39,407 bases of DNA from NCBI RefSeq assembly GCF_016903815.1, contig NZ_CP069970.1; one strand, given 5' to 3'. This DNA comes from Escherichia coli (GTDB lineage Bacteria > Pseudomonadota > Gammaproteobacteria > Enterobacterales > Enterobacteriaceae). Within the stretch, counting starts at the first letter, position 1; each line of letters begins with the position of its first letter. Below are positions 7,949 through 19,902 of the stretch, piece by piece. A model generated the notes under the pieces. It did not search any database and was not told the DNA's origin. It worked only from the letters and a program-made list of their open reading frames with translations. A program made the translations under genes and the position numbers.

Positions 7949-10900
7949 CTATATTTTTCCGCCTACGCCTTTAAACTTCTCAATAAACGAGACGATTTTC
8001 TGGAAAACTGCCTGTTTTTTCGTTTTATATTGCGGATTCAACGGACTAAGTTTTGGTAATGTCTCGTTTAATTCTGTGCCATTTTCGGTGGCGTATTCGC
8101 GTTTTAAAGACGTGCGAATATAGCGTTTTGCTGCATCTTCATTGAGATTTTCTTCTTTAATCAATGCTTCTGCTTCACGTAGCTGTTCGCGTTGAGCAAA
8201 CGTAAAGAATGCCTCAATGATACTGGCTTTGTCTGGTAAATCATCCAGGTTCGTTTGCTGAATAAAATCGACCACCAGGCCCTCTTTCGCCCGGTTCCCC
8301 AGGCTTGAACGAATTAAGCGTTTGACCTCTTCGATCATTTCGCCCTTGCCTTTATTTTGTCTGTTATGTTCGAAAATCAGTCCAAGGATATAATCCAGGT
8401 TTATTTCCTGAGACTTCAGCAAATCGACCTCAAAAACCACGTCATCCCAGTCAGTGGTTGATTTCTCTTTTTTATCAGCTTCTTTCTCGCGGCGCTGCCA
8501 GTCGCGAATATCGTTATAGGCAGAACGATAATCCTGAATCTTGCGATCAGCAGGGAGACGAATCGTTTGCAATTCAGCGAACTTTTCATCATCCACATAA
8601 TGTTCTGCTTTGAATTTTTCTACCTGCAACAGGATCGCTAAGATCGATTTGTTGCAGGGCTTTCAGCGTGGCAAATTCATCATAGTTTTGCAGGATGTTC
8701 TCGGTACGCAGGTATTCACCAAACAGTTTAACGAAGTCTTTCTTCTCTTTTTCACTTTCAATACTGGCAGGGTCAGGGAACCGTTGTTCCAGTTCTGCAA
8801 CTACTGCCATAAAGCCGCGCTTAGCTTCACCAGTAGCAGCATCAGTAAAGCCTTCCATATACTCTGCATAACTCTTTTCTAAAACTACATTTTTGGTGTT
8901 TTTGTCACCAAACAGCGTTATGGCATCAATAGTTGAGCGTTCCAGATCCCGGAAAGTGACGATATTACCGAAGGTTTTAGTGGCATCATAAATACGGTTG
9001 GTGCGGGAAAATGCCTGCATCAGGCCGTGAAAACGAAGGTTTTTATCGACGAATAGCGTGTTCAATGTTGGAGCATCGAAGCCAGTTAAGAACATCCCCA
9101 CGACAATTAGCAGATCGATATCCTGATTTTTAACCCGCTGGGCTAAATCACGATAGTAGTTCTGAAAACCGTTACTGTCGGTGCTGAAGTTAGTTTTAAA
9201 ATAGCTGTTATACTCACGAATTGCAGCGTCCAGAAACTCTTTAGCACTGCTGTCCATTGCGCTGGTATCAAAAGTTTCATCGGAAATCTCACCAATGGCA
9301 TTTTGTTCTTCATTAGCGGCAAAGGAGAAGATTGTCGCAATACGCAGCGGTTTATAGGTAGCCGATTTATTAGCGGCTTCCTCTTGTAACCGTTTAAACG
9401 TCGCATAATAGGCTTTCGCAGCATCCACGCTGCTCACTGCCAACATAGCATTAAAGCCTTTTGAGCCTGGGAAGGTACGGTGAGTTTTCTGGCGGAAGTT
9501 ATTCAGAATATATTGCGTAATTTCCTGTATACGCATGGGATGAAGAAACGCCTGCTGATTTTCAGCCGCACTCAGTTTTTTCTCGTCAGTTTCTGTCTCT
9601 AAAGACTTAAACTGTGGCCGCACATCGTTGTAGTCCACCTTGAATTTAAGCACTTTTTCATCACGAATCGCATCGGTAATTACATACGAATGCAATTCAC
9701 GACCAAATACGCTGGCGGTCGTTTCTGAGCCTAAGGCGTTTTCCGGGAAAATAGGGGTACCGGTAAAACCAAACTGATAATAGCGTTTGAATTTCTTCTT
9801 CAGGTTTTTCTGTGCTTCTCCAAACTGGCTGCGGTGGCATTCATCAAATATAAACACCACTTGCTGATTATATACAGACAGGTCGCTTTCTGCTTTCATC
9901 AGGTTATTGAGTTTCTGAATAGTAGTGACGATAATTTTGTTATCGTCCTTATCCAGATTTCGTTTAAGACCTGCGGTATTTTCCGATCCATTGACACTGT
10001 CTGGCGAAAAACGCTGATATTCCTTCATGGTCTGGTAATCGAGGTCTTTCCTGTCGACCACGAAGAAGACTTTATCAATAAAGTCCAGTTCTGTTGCCAG
10101 ACGCGCGGCTTTAAAGCTGGTCAGGGTTTTACCAGAACCGGTAGTGTGCCAGATAAAGCCACCACTTTCGGGGTTAGACCAGTTTTTCGCTTTATAGGAG
10201 CTGTTGATTTTCCATAAGATACGTTCAGTGGCGGCAATCTGGTACGGTCGCATCACCAGTAGCGTCTGGACTACTGTCAAAAACGCTGTAGTTCACCAGA
10301 ACATTCAGCAGAGTATGTTTCTGGAAAAAGGTAGCGGTAAAGTCTTTGAGGTCTTTAATCAGCGTGTTGTCTGATTTCGCCCAATTCATGGTGAAGTCAA
10401 AACTGTTTTTATCGCGCTTTGTCGTGTTGGCAAAATAACGGGTATCGGTGCCGTTAGAAATGACAAACAGTTGCAGATACTTAAACAGGGAATTTTCGCT
10501 GTTAAAACTCTCTTTACTGTAACGATGTATCTGGTTGAAAGCCTCACGAATCGCCACCCCGCGTTTTTTTAGTTCGATTTGCACCAGCGGTAAACCATTA
10601 ACCAGGATCGTGACGTCATAACGGTTAGCATGAGAACCCGTCTGTTCAAACTGCTGGATAATCTGCACCTTATTGCGCATGAGATTCTTTTTATCTATCA
10701 AATAGATGTTCTCAAGTCGCCCGTCGTCAAAAATAAAGTCGCAGATATAGTCGATATGGATTTTACGGGTTTTATCCAGAATACCATCGCTGGGGTTGTC
10801 CAGATACTGCTCCGTGAAGCGCCGCCACTCGCTGTCATTAAACATCACACCATTGAGGCTCTGAAGCTGTTCCCGAACATTAGACAGCATTGCCGACTGT

Positions 10901-11067
10901 GATTTTACGGAAATAAATTCATAACCCTGATTCCGCAGGTCCTGAATCAGTTCACGTTCCAGGTCCGATTCGCTCTGGTAGCTGTCGCTTGTTTGCTCAG
11001 CTTTGATGTACTTATCAAGGACGATAAAGTTATTGGATTCAGCAATGGTGTGTGTTTGATGAGTCAT
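7949..11067 (-). pseudogene. hsdR: type I restriction enzyme R subunit, split into three frames by two +1 frameshifts
   Basis: Three consecutive minus-strand ORFs in three frames (10225-11067, 8589-10280, 7949-8629) that together read as one ~1040-aa HsdR (N-terminal nuclease region, RPYQ-type helicase start, C-terminal domain). Frame changes coincide with A5/T5 runs at 10279-10283 and 8615-8619; removing one base at each restores a continuous frame. Confidence 0.7.
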
Positions 11068-11188
11068 AGCGCATCCTTTGTGCCGCCTGGCAAGAGCCGG
11101 AAGGGCGTTAAGAGTGACTTCCGGCGCGTAAAAAATAGTCTATATACTGACCGGATGTTAAGGTGAGCCGGTCTGTAGCAATGGTCAA

Positions 11189-12441
<1,253 letters not shown>

Positions 12442-12445
<4 letters not shown>

Positions 12446-14004
12446 TTCTGCACCTCGCAGCCTTCAATTTCAGCCACAATCGCATCAATATCTTTGCGCA
12501 ACTGGTCGATTTTGCTGACCGTGGTTTTCAGCTCAGCATTCAGCTCAGCGATATCGATAATTTCGCGAGTATCTTTCGCTTCCACATAGCTGCTCACCGA
12601 CAGGTTATAGTCATTCGCGACAACAGTCTCAAACGCAACAGATTTCGCCAGATGAGCAACATCTTCCTTGCTGGCAAATACCTGCATAATTTTTTCGATA
12701 TGGGCATCGGTCAGGATGTTGTTGTTAGTCTCTTTTTTGAACAGTTCGCTGGCGTCAATAAACTGAACTTTGGTATCCGTTTTATGTTTAGACAGAACCA
12801 GAATGTTTACGGCAATGGTGGTGCCAAAGAACAGGTTCGGAGCCAGTGAAATCACGGTTTCGACATAGTTATTATCGACCAGATACTGACGGATTTTCTG
12901 CTCCGCGCCGCCACGGTAAAAAATGCCTGGGAAGCAGACAATCGCAGCGCGACCTTTGGCCGAAAGATAGTTCAGCGCATGTAATACAAACGCAAAGTCA
13001 GCTTTGGATTTGGGGGCCAGAACGCCAGCCGGGGCAAAACGTTCATCGTTAATCAGCGTCGGGTCATCGCTGCCAATCCATTTCACCGAATACGGCGGGT
13101 TAGAAACGATGGCATCAAACGGTTTTTCATCTCTGAAGTGCGGCTCAGTCAGTGTATTACCCAGCTTGATATCAAACTTGTCGTAGTTGATGTTGTGCAA
13201 AAACATGTTCATACGCGCCAGGTTATAGGTCGTATGGTTGATTTCCTGACCAAAAAAACCTTCTTCGATGATATGGTCATCAAACTGTTTTTTAGCCTGC
13301 AACAACAGCGAACCGGAGCCTGCTGCCGGGTCGTAGATTTTGTTAACGTGGGTCTGCCCGTGCATAGCCAGTTGTGCAATCAGCTTAGAGACGTGCTGCG
13401 GTGTAAAGAACTCGCCGCCTGACTTACCGGCATTCGCCGCATAGTTAGAAATCAGGAACTCATAGGCGTCACCGAACAGGTCAATCTGATGTTCGTGGAA
13501 GTCACCAAGTTTTAACCCTTCAACCCCTTTCAGAACCGCAGCCAGGCGGGCATTTTTATCCTTAACGGTATTCCCCAGGCGGTTACTGGTTGTATCGAAA
13601 TCAGCAAACAAACCTTTGATGTCAGCTTCTGAAGGATAACCGTAAGCAGAACTTTCGATAGCAACGAAGATGCTGTTTAAATCCGCATTCAGTCTGTCAT
13701 TGGTATTTGCTTTCGCCGCTACGTTGCAGAAAAGCTGACTGGGGTAGATGAAGTAACCTTTGGTTTTGATGGCATCGTCTTTAATGTCATCAGTAATTAC
13801 GCTGTCATCCAGTTTCGCATAACAGATACTGTCATCACCGGCTTCAATATAGCTGGAAAAATTTTCGCTGATAAAACGGTAAAAAAGCGCGCCCAAAACG
13901 TACTGCTTAAAATCCCATCCATCGACTGAACCCCTGACATCGTTAGCAATTTGCCAGATCTGGCGATGAAGCTCTGCACGTTGTTGAATACTTGTCATTT
14001 TCAT
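12442..14004 (-). CDS. hsdM: type I restriction-modification N6-adenine DNA methyltransferase subunit
   Basis: 520 aa with SAM-binding motif [10 protein letters not shown] and catalytic NPPYS; N-terminus [25 protein letters not shown] is typical of HsdM. Confidence 0.9.
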
Positions 14005-14143
14005 CCACTTATTTCAGGTTTAAGTAATTGGATGTGATTCTACAGCAACTTGGATGCTTTAGCAGTTCGGACATTAGGCTACGAATGACCTGCCTAGAGG
14101 TTTGTTAAGCCGCAAAGTGCTGGTGCTTTATGCCTGTGAAGTT

Positions 14144-14171
14144 TATAATTGTGTACACATAACGAGTACAC
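14144..14171 (+). promoter_or_regulatory. phd-doc promoter -10 (TATAAT) with palindromic operator-like sites TGTGTACACA and GAGTACAC
   Basis: TATAAT at ~14144-14149 followed by a perfect 10-bp palindrome and a related half-site immediately upstream of the phd ATG. Phd/Doc autoregulation through palindromic operators is established. Confidence 0.5.
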
Positions 14172-14180
14172 GAGGTATTT

Positions 14181-14402
14181 ATGCAATCCATTAACTTCCG
14201 TACCGCGCGCGGCAACCTTTCTGAAGTGCTCAACAATGTTGAGGCCGGGGAAGAGGTTGAAATCACCCGCAGAGGCCGTGAGCCAGCAGTAATTGTCAGC
14301 AAGGCTACTTTCGAAGCCTACAAAAAAGCGGCGCTGGATGCTGAATTTGCATCCCTGTTTGACACCCTGGACTCCACCAACAAGGAACTGGTTAACCGAT
14401 AA
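14181..14402 (+). CDS. phd: Phd antitoxin (prevent host death)
   Basis: 73 aa, [39 protein letters not shown]..., recognised as P1 Phd; TAATG overlap with doc. Confidence 0.95.
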
Positions 14403-14782
14403 TGAGGCATATATCACCGGAAGAACTTATTGCGCTTCATGATGCGAATATAAGCCGCTACGGCGGCCTGCCGGGAATGTCAGATCCGGGTAGGGCAGAG
14501 GCCATTATCGGGAGAGTTCAGGCCAGAGTTGCCTACGAAGAGATCACCGACCTTTTCGAAGTCTCCGCCACCTACCTGGTGGCTACAGCGAGAGGGCATA
14601 TATTCAATGATGCCAATAAGCGTACCGCGCTAAACAGTGCGCTGCTATTTCTACGCCGTAACGGGGTGCAGGTATTTGATTCACCAGAACTGGCAGACCT
14701 TACCGTAGGGGCTGCGACCGGAGAGATATCTGTATCTTCTGTCGCCGACACGTTACGTAGATTGTATGGTTCCGCGGAGTAG
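14402..14782 (+). CDS. doc: Doc toxin (Fic-fold kinase, death on curing)
   Basis: 126 aa, [25 protein letters not shown]..., recognised as P1 Doc. Confidence 0.95.
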
Positions 14783-14966
14783 ATTAATGGCACGTAAATA
14801 CAACAAATTGTCCCGTGAAGCGTTAAAGATGCTTCTTGATGGCGTGAGTCGCCGCGAGGTAAAGCAATACCTGGTTGGTAAGCAAATTGGTGCTAGGACC
14901 GCTATTGCTGTGTTATGCCGTCAGGAAATGGTTGTGCTTAAACAGAGAATGCCGGGCAGCAGATAA
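14766..14966 (+). CDS. pdcA: post-doc protein A
   Basis: Small ORF directly after doc, as in P1; the real start may be the internal ATG at ~14787 (MARKYNK..., preceded by GGAG). Confidence 0.55.
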
Positions 14967-14993
14967 AGCCCAATCAGTGATGAAAGGTGTGAT

Positions 14994-16037
14994 GTGAAAG
15001 CCGTAATTACTCCCTTTGTACAAAAAGAGCTTGGCGTCGCCACATTCAAAGTGGATCAGGAAGTCAGAAAGCTGGTGGAGGCTGGCCGTAAATTTATTAT
15101 GGAGCCGGTGCCGCGTGAGTTAATCGAGCACATGGACGACGGCCTCGTTGTTTCCGAGCAAACTATGGCAACAAATGAGGCGTTGCAGCCGTTTTTTAAC
15201 AGCGATGAACTGTTTCGCCGTATTGGTGGAATTGACGCGCTGGTGGCGTGGTTGCGCAGGAAAGAGGGGCAATGCCAGGCCGCAGATCGTAGCTGGTGTG
15301 ACAACCATATTGTCCACGCAGAACGAGACAATAGCGCGGTGTTGTTGTGCTGGCATCACGATAACCATTACCGGATGCGTGGTTTTAATGAGCTGAAAGA
15401 AACGCTGCATAATAATCGCGTTAACTGGATACTGGATGTCGCCCGTCAGGAAATGGGGCTTTCAGATGGCCATGTTCTAAGTATTCAGGAACTGTGCTGG
15501 TGGGCTTTCATGCGCAACATGATGCACCTGATGCCTGAAGAAGTTTGCCGTATATCAATAAATAAGATGAAAGCCGCAACGCAGGATAGCGGACCTCTGA
15601 AAGAGGCGGATATTCGCCCGTATGACGATCGCGCTACAGCATATGTTCAGATGATGGAAGAACGCGCCGCGCCGATGCGTGCAAAAGTATGCCCTGTGGA
15701 TGTTGACTCCGACCCTGGCATGGCGCATTTCAAAATACCAAAACTGCAATCGCTAAAATTACCTGAGTACATGGACTTTGTTGCTTCCCGTCCATGCTGT
15801 GGGTGTGGAGCGGCGGGAGCTGGCGCTCACATTACGCCTTATATCGTTCGTCATAGTCGATTATGCGCGCATGACATTTACGCAATTCCTCTGTGCCAGT
15901 CATGCCAGCGTGATATTGAGCGTGACCGCGATAATTGGGAGAAGACGCACGGCAGGCTGGCGATGCATCAACGATTGTTCTTTGATTACGCGCTTGGAGT
16001 CGGCGCTATCACAAGTCACTCGTCGAGCGTTAGATAA
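14994..16037 (+). CDS. pdcB: post-doc protein B
   Basis: 347-aa ORF in the P1 pdcB position between doc/pdcA and lpa; GTG start; Cys/His-rich C-terminal part. Confidence 0.65.
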   Translation: MKAVITPFVQKELGVATFKVDQEVRKLVEAGRKFIMEPVPRELIEHMDDGLVVSEQTMATNEALQPFFNSDELFRRIGGIDALVAWLRRKEGQCQAADRSWCDNHIVHAERDNSAVLLCWHHDNHYRMRGFNELKETLHNNRVNWILDVARQEMGLSDGHVLSIQELCWWAFMRNMMHLMPEEVCRISINKMKAATQDSGPLKEADIRPYDDRATAYVQMMEERAAPMRAKVCPVDVDSDPGMAHFKIPKLQSLKLPEYMDFVASRPCCGCGAAGAGAHITPYIVRHSRLCAHDIYAIPLCQSCQRDIERDRDNWEKTHGRLAMHQRLFFDYALGVGAITSHSSSVR

Positions 16038-16038
16038 A

Positions 16039-16055
16039 ATTGCTCTAATGTATTG
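16039..16055 (+). promoter_or_regulatory. C1 operator-like site ATTGCTCTAATGTATTG upstream of lpa
   Basis: Matches the P1 C1 operator 17-mer consensus at ~14/17 positions, 2 nt after the pdcB stop and ~70 bp before lpa. Confidence 0.6.
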
Positions 16056-16125
16056 CTATTTCTTTAATCGATGGTATTATATTCGTCGTTGATTAGTTGA
16101 CATGGGCTAATCAGTAGGTGACAGG

Positions 16126-16578
16126 ATGTTACTTAACTGGCAGGGACGCCACTTCATGGAAATAAATCACTCACGAATTACATCGTATGAGATTGCGGAT
16201 TACATGATTCGCACTAAATCTCTTCTATCAGCGAAAGAACTCGCAGCAATCCTTGAAAAGGAATACCCGCATCTGGATGTCGATAAGCGCGATGTTTATC
16301 TGCGCTTAAAGGCTATCGCTGTGTCTAAGTATTCGTCTGTTTTGATTGATGACAGTACACGCCCACGTAGATTTCAGATCCACTCTCTGAATCCTGAATT
16401 CTTTCGCCGTAGCCGCGCTCCGCGCCGGTTTGATGAAAAACTCCAGAACGAACTCTATATGACGCAGGACGAAAAGGAACGCCGGGAGCACCAGCCTTGG
16501 GTAATGGCGCGTCAACTTTTCAATAAGGTGGCCCGTCAGCACCGTCATTACGGTAATGCCACATCCGCACGTATCTGA
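16126..16578 (+). CDS. lpa: late promoter activator Lpa
   Basis: 150-aa ORF immediately upstream of pacA, preceded by a C1 operator-like site; position and size fit P1 lpa (gene 10). Confidence 0.75.
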   Translation: MLLNWQGRHFMEINHSRITSYEIADYMIRTKSLLSAKELAAILEKEYPHLDVDKRDVYLRLKAIAVSKYSSVLIDDSTRPRRFQIHSLNPEFFRRSRAPRRFDEKLQNELYMTQDEKERREHQPWVMARQLFNKVARQHRHYGNATSARI

Positions 16579-16663
16579 TTGATTGCTTGCCCGTTCCGGG
16601 CCTTTTGACATGTGACTTTCGTTACCCTCGCGTCAAAAAGAGTTTTTACGAAAGGAAGCATAA

Positions 16664-17857
16664 GTGACCTGGGACGATCACAAGAAGAATTTTGCTCGCC
16701 TGGCGCGAGATGGTGGTTACACCATCGCACAGTATGCCGCCGAGTTTAATCTTAACCCTAATACTGCACGTCGTTATCTCCGTGCCTTCAAAGAAGACAC
16801 CAGGACAGCGGACAGCCGCAAGCCAAATAAACCAGTCAGGAAGCCACTAAAAAGCATGATCATTGATCACTCTAATGATCAACATGCAGGTGATCACATT
16901 GCGGATGAAATAGCGGAAAAACAAAGGGTTAATGCCGTTATCAGTGCCGCAGTCGAGAATGCGAAGCGCCAAAATAAGCGTATAAATGATCGTTCTGATG
17001 ATCATGACGTGATCACCCGCGCCCACCGGACCTTACGTGATCGCCTGGAACGCGACACCCTGGATGATGATGGTGAACGCTTTGAATTCGAAGCTGGCGA
17101 TTACCTGATAGATAACGTTGAAGCGCGGAAGGCCGCTCGCGCTATGTTGCGTCGGTCCGGGGCCGATGTTCTGGAAACCACTCTTCTGGAAAAGTCTCTT
17201 TCTCATCTCCTTATGCTGGAGAACGCCAGGGATACGTGTATTCGTCTGGTGCAGGAAATGCGCGATCAGCAAAAAGACGATGATGAAGGGACTCCGCCTG
17301 AATATCGTATCGCGAGCATGCTAAACAGCTGTTCCGCGCAGATAAGCAGCCTGATCAACACCATTTACAGCATCCGGAATAACTATCGAAAAGAAAGCCG
17401 GGAGGCGGAAAAGCACGCTTTATCTATGGGGCAAGCTGGCATTGTTAAGCTGGCATACGAACGAAAGCGTGAAAATAACTGGTCAGTGCTGGAAGCAGCT
17501 GAATTCATCGAGGCGCATGGCGGAAAAGTGCCGCCCCTGATGCTGGAGCAAATCAAAGCCGATCTGCGTGCTCCTAAGACCAATACCGATGATGAGGAAA
17601 GGCAAACAGCCGTCGGTGGCCCTTCTCTTGAAGATCTGGACAAAGTTGCGCGAGAACGGGCCGCCAACCGCCGCGCCGATGCCGCATTGTGGATTGAGCA
17701 GCGTAGGGAAGAAATCGCCGATATCGTTGATACAGGCGGTTATGGAGATGTTGATACTGAAGGTGTATCAAACGACCCATGGCTGGAACAAGACCTGGAC
17801 GAAGACGAGGAGGAAGACGAAGAAGTTACCCGCAAGCTATACGGGGATGATGATTAA
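16664..17857 (+). CDS. pacA: terminase/pacase small subunit PacA
   Basis: 397 aa, GTG start after AAAGGAAG; contains the pac hexamer clusters in its 5' part; TAATG overlap with pacB. Confidence 0.9.
   Translation: MTWDDHKKNFARLARDGGYTIAQYAAEFNLNPNTARRYLRAFKEDTRTADSRKPNKPVRKPLKSMIIDHSNDQHAGDHIADEIAEKQRVNAVISAAVENAKRQNKRINDRSDDHDVITRAHRTLRDRLERDTLDDDGERFEFEAGDYLIDNVEARKAARAMLRRSGADVLETTLLEKSLSHLLMLENARDTCIRLVQEMRDQQKDDDEGTPPEYRIASMLNSCSAQISSLINTIYSIRNNYRKESREAEKHALSMGQAGIVKLAYERKRENNWSVLEAAEFIEAHGGKVPPLMLEQIKADLRAPKTNTDDEERQTAVGGPSLEDLDKVARERAANRRADAALWIEQRREEIADIVDTGGYGDVDTEGVSNDPWLEQDLDEDEEEDEEVTRKLYGDDD
16857..17016. other. pac packaging site: four TGATCA(N) elements (16857-16897), then three (16987-17016)
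   Basis: Seen directly: TGATCAT, TGATCAC, TGATCAA, TGATCAC, then ~90 bp, then TGATCG, TGATCA, TGATCAC. Each has a GATC Dam site. This is the established P1 pac architecture inside pacA. Confidence 0.75.
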
Positions 17858-19341
17858 TGGCCAGAAGTTGCGTAACGGATCCACGTTGGCGCGAGCTGGT
17901 GGCGCTATATCGTTATGACTGGATTGCTGCCGCTGATGTTTTGTTCGGCAAAACACCTACCTGGCAGCAGGATCTGATTATTGAGTCTGTGCAGGAACAG
18001 GGTAGCAAGACATCTGTTTCGTCTGGTCACGGTACCGGGAAATCAGACATGACTTCTATCATGATCATGTTGTTCATAATCATGTATCCCGGTGCCCGCG
18101 CCATTATCGTTGCGAACAAAATTCAGCAGGTAATGACCGGTATATTCAAGTACATCAAGATAAACTGGGCTACTGCCACCAGCCGTTTTCCATGGCTTGC
18201 TGATTATTTTGTTCTGACAGAAACCGCTTTCTATGAGGTTACTGGTAAAGGTGTATGGACTGTAGTACCGAAGGGCTTTCGTCTGGGAAGTGAAGAAGCT
18301 CTCGCCGGTGAACACGCAGATCATCTTCTGTATATTATCGATGAAGCCTCCGGTGTCAGTGATAGAGCTTTCGGTATCATCACCGGTGCTCTTACCGGAC
18401 AGGATAACCGCATCTTATTGCTGTCACAGCCTACACGCCCAAGCGGCTATTTCTACGATACACACCATAAACTGGCCAAGCGTCCTGGTAACCCTGATGG
18501 CGTTTATACGGCGATCACGCTTAACAGTGAGGAATCACCGTTGGTAACGCCAGCATTTATCAAAATGAAGCTGGCGGAGTACGGCGGGCGTGATAACCCT
18601 ATGTACATGATTAAGGTACGCGGCCTATTCCCTAAATCACAGGATGGCTTCCTTCTTGGACGTGATGAGGTTGAACGTGCAACGCGGCGGAAAGTCAAGA
18701 TTGCCAAAGGATGGGGCTGGCTTGCATGTGTGGACGTTGCTGGTGGTACGGGACGGGATAAGTCCGTTATCAATATCATGATGGTGTCCGGCCAGCGAAA
18801 TAAACGCCGTGTAATCAACTATCGAATGCTGGAATACACAGACGTTACAGAAACGCAGCTTGCCGCCAAAATTTTCGCAGAATGTAATCCTGAGCGATTC
18901 CCAAATATCACCATAGCGATAGACGGCGATGGCCTGGGTAAAGCAACGGCGGATCTGATGTACGAGTATTATGGTATTACCGTACAGCGTATACGCTGGG
19001 GTAAAAAGATGCATAGCCGTGAAGATAAGAGCCTGTACTTTGATAAACGTGCTTATGCCAACGTTCAAGCCGCAGAGGCCGTAAAATCTGGTCGTATGAG
19101 ACTGGATAAGGGTAATGAAACTATTGAGGAAGCGTCGAAAATCCCTGTAGGGATTAACTCCGCAGGTCAATGGAAGGTGATGAGTAAGGAGGATATGAAG
19201 AAAAAACTCAACCTGCACTCACCAGACCATTGGGATACATATTGTTTCGCTATGCTGGCGGATTATGTTCCCCAGGATGAAGTGCTTAGCGTCGAAGACG
19301 AAGCGCAGGTTGATGAAGCTCTGGCATGGCTTAATGAATGA
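17857..19341 (+). CDS. pacB: terminase/pacase large subunit PacB
   Basis: 494-aa ORF translationally coupled to pacA; terminase-like ATPase region. Confidence 0.9.
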   Translation: MARSCVTDPRWRELVALYRYDWIAAADVLFGKTPTWQQDLIIESVQEQGSKTSVSSGHGTGKSDMTSIMIMLFIIMYPGARAIIVANKIQQVMTGIFKYIKINWATATSRFPWLADYFVLTETAFYEVTGKGVWTVVPKGFRLGSEEALAGEHADHLLYIIDEASGVSDRAFGIITGALTGQDNRILLLSQPTRPSGYFYDTHHKLAKRPGNPDGVYTAITLNSEESPLVTPAFIKMKLAEYGGRDNPMYMIKVRGLFPKSQDGFLLGRDEVERATRRKVKIAKGWGWLACVDVAGGTGRDKSVINIMMVSGQRNKRRVINYRMLEYTDVTETQLAAKIFAECNPERFPNITIAIDGDGLGKATADLMYEYYGITVQRIRWGKKMHSREDKSLYFDKRAYANVQAAEAVKSGRMRLDKGNETIEEASKIPVGINSAGQWKVMSKEDMKKKLNLHSPDHWDTYCFAMLADYVPQDEVLSVEDEAQVDEALAWLNE

Positions 19342-19344
19342 ATA

Positions 19345-19361
19345 TTTGCTCTAATAAATTG
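19345..19361 (+). promoter_or_regulatory. C1 operator-like site TTTGCTCTAATAAATTG at the pacB 3' end
   Basis: 15/17 match to the C1 operator consensus, 4 nt after the pacB stop and ~190 bp upstream of the c4-like RNA. Confidence 0.5.
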
Positions 19362-19544
19362 TGTTTTTTAACTACCGATGTTACATTGAGCCTGACCTCT
19401 TGCGCCTTGAGGCATTTTCGGTTTATGCTTATCAGGCACCTCATTAAAACGGGTGCCGGGATTGGCCTCCCGCTTAAGTCTAAGGCGATACAGACGCCGC
19501 TCGCGTCTTTTTTTTGTATCGGCGTACACGCACACCTCTACAAT

Positions 19545-19624
19545 GGTGGGCTGTATGGGGCTACCTTCGGGTAGGCTGGTTACCTTGGACGCCAGTAAGG
19601 CCAACTCCGTACAGTCCACCGCCA
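19545..19624 (+). ncRNA. c4: C4-like antisense RNA (tRNA-like acceptor stem with 3' GCCA)
   Basis: 11-bp closing stem GGTGGGCTGTA (19545-19555) pairs with TACAGTCCACC (19610-19620) with one G-U, followed by GCCA. Internal UUCG-tetraloop hairpin CTACC-TTCG-GGTAG. Candidate -10 TACAAT at 19539-19544. Size ~77-80 nt. Internal boxes are complementary to repeated target boxes on both sides. Confidence 0.55.
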
Positions 19625-19628
19625 GCAA

Positions 19629-19672
19629 GATTGGTCTCTTCTGCGGTGGTTACATACCAACGTCTAAGGAGG
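19629..19672 (+). promoter_or_regulatory. icd leader with antisense target boxes (GATTGGTCTC and CGTCTAAGG overlapping the AAGGAGG Shine-Dalgarno)
   Basis: Box CGTCTAAGG (19661-19669) is complementary to RNA segment CCTTGGACG (19583-19591); box TTGGTCT is complementary to RNA AGGCCAA (19598-19604). A second copy of both boxes lies upstream at 19460-19485. Confidence 0.45.
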
Positions 19673-19680
19673 CTGCCAAT

Positions 19681-19902
19681 ATGGCTACTATCCCTACCCC
19701 AACTCATCCTGAATTTATCTGGCGCTTTTACTCCTGCCAAAAACGTCACTATCACTTCGTTATTGCACCGACAGAAGATGAGGCCCGCTCTCAGCTTCCT
19801 GACGCCCCATGTATTTTCTCTGCCCGTTTTTCCACTGATTCACGCAATTCTCTCAGTTACTGGTGCCTCCCTGTTAACGCTTCTGCTCAGGAGGGACTAT
19901 GA
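19681..19902 (+). CDS. icd: Icd-like cell-division inhibitor (73 aa)
   Basis: Strong SD TAAGGAGG 8 nt before the ATG; 73 aa MATIPTPTHPEFIWRFYSCQKRHYHFVIAPTEDEARSQLPDAPCIFSARF... with an Icd-like motif; stop overlaps the next start (ATGA). Confidence 0.6.
   Translation: MATIPTPTHPEFIWRFYSCQKRHYHFVIAPTEDEARSQLPDAPCIFSARFSTDSRNSLSYWCLPVNASAQEGL

Noticed and set aside
8610-10902. Plus-strand ORFs 8610-8882, 9834-10217 and 10630-10902 within the hsdR region
   Set aside because: Antisense to the HsdR reading frames, which carry clear helicase and nuclease motifs; no independent support.
19545-19624. tRNA gene
   Set aside because: It has an acceptor-like stem and 3' GCCA but no T-arm GTTCRA motif or anticodon-arm geometry; better explained as a C4-like RNase P-processed antisense RNA.
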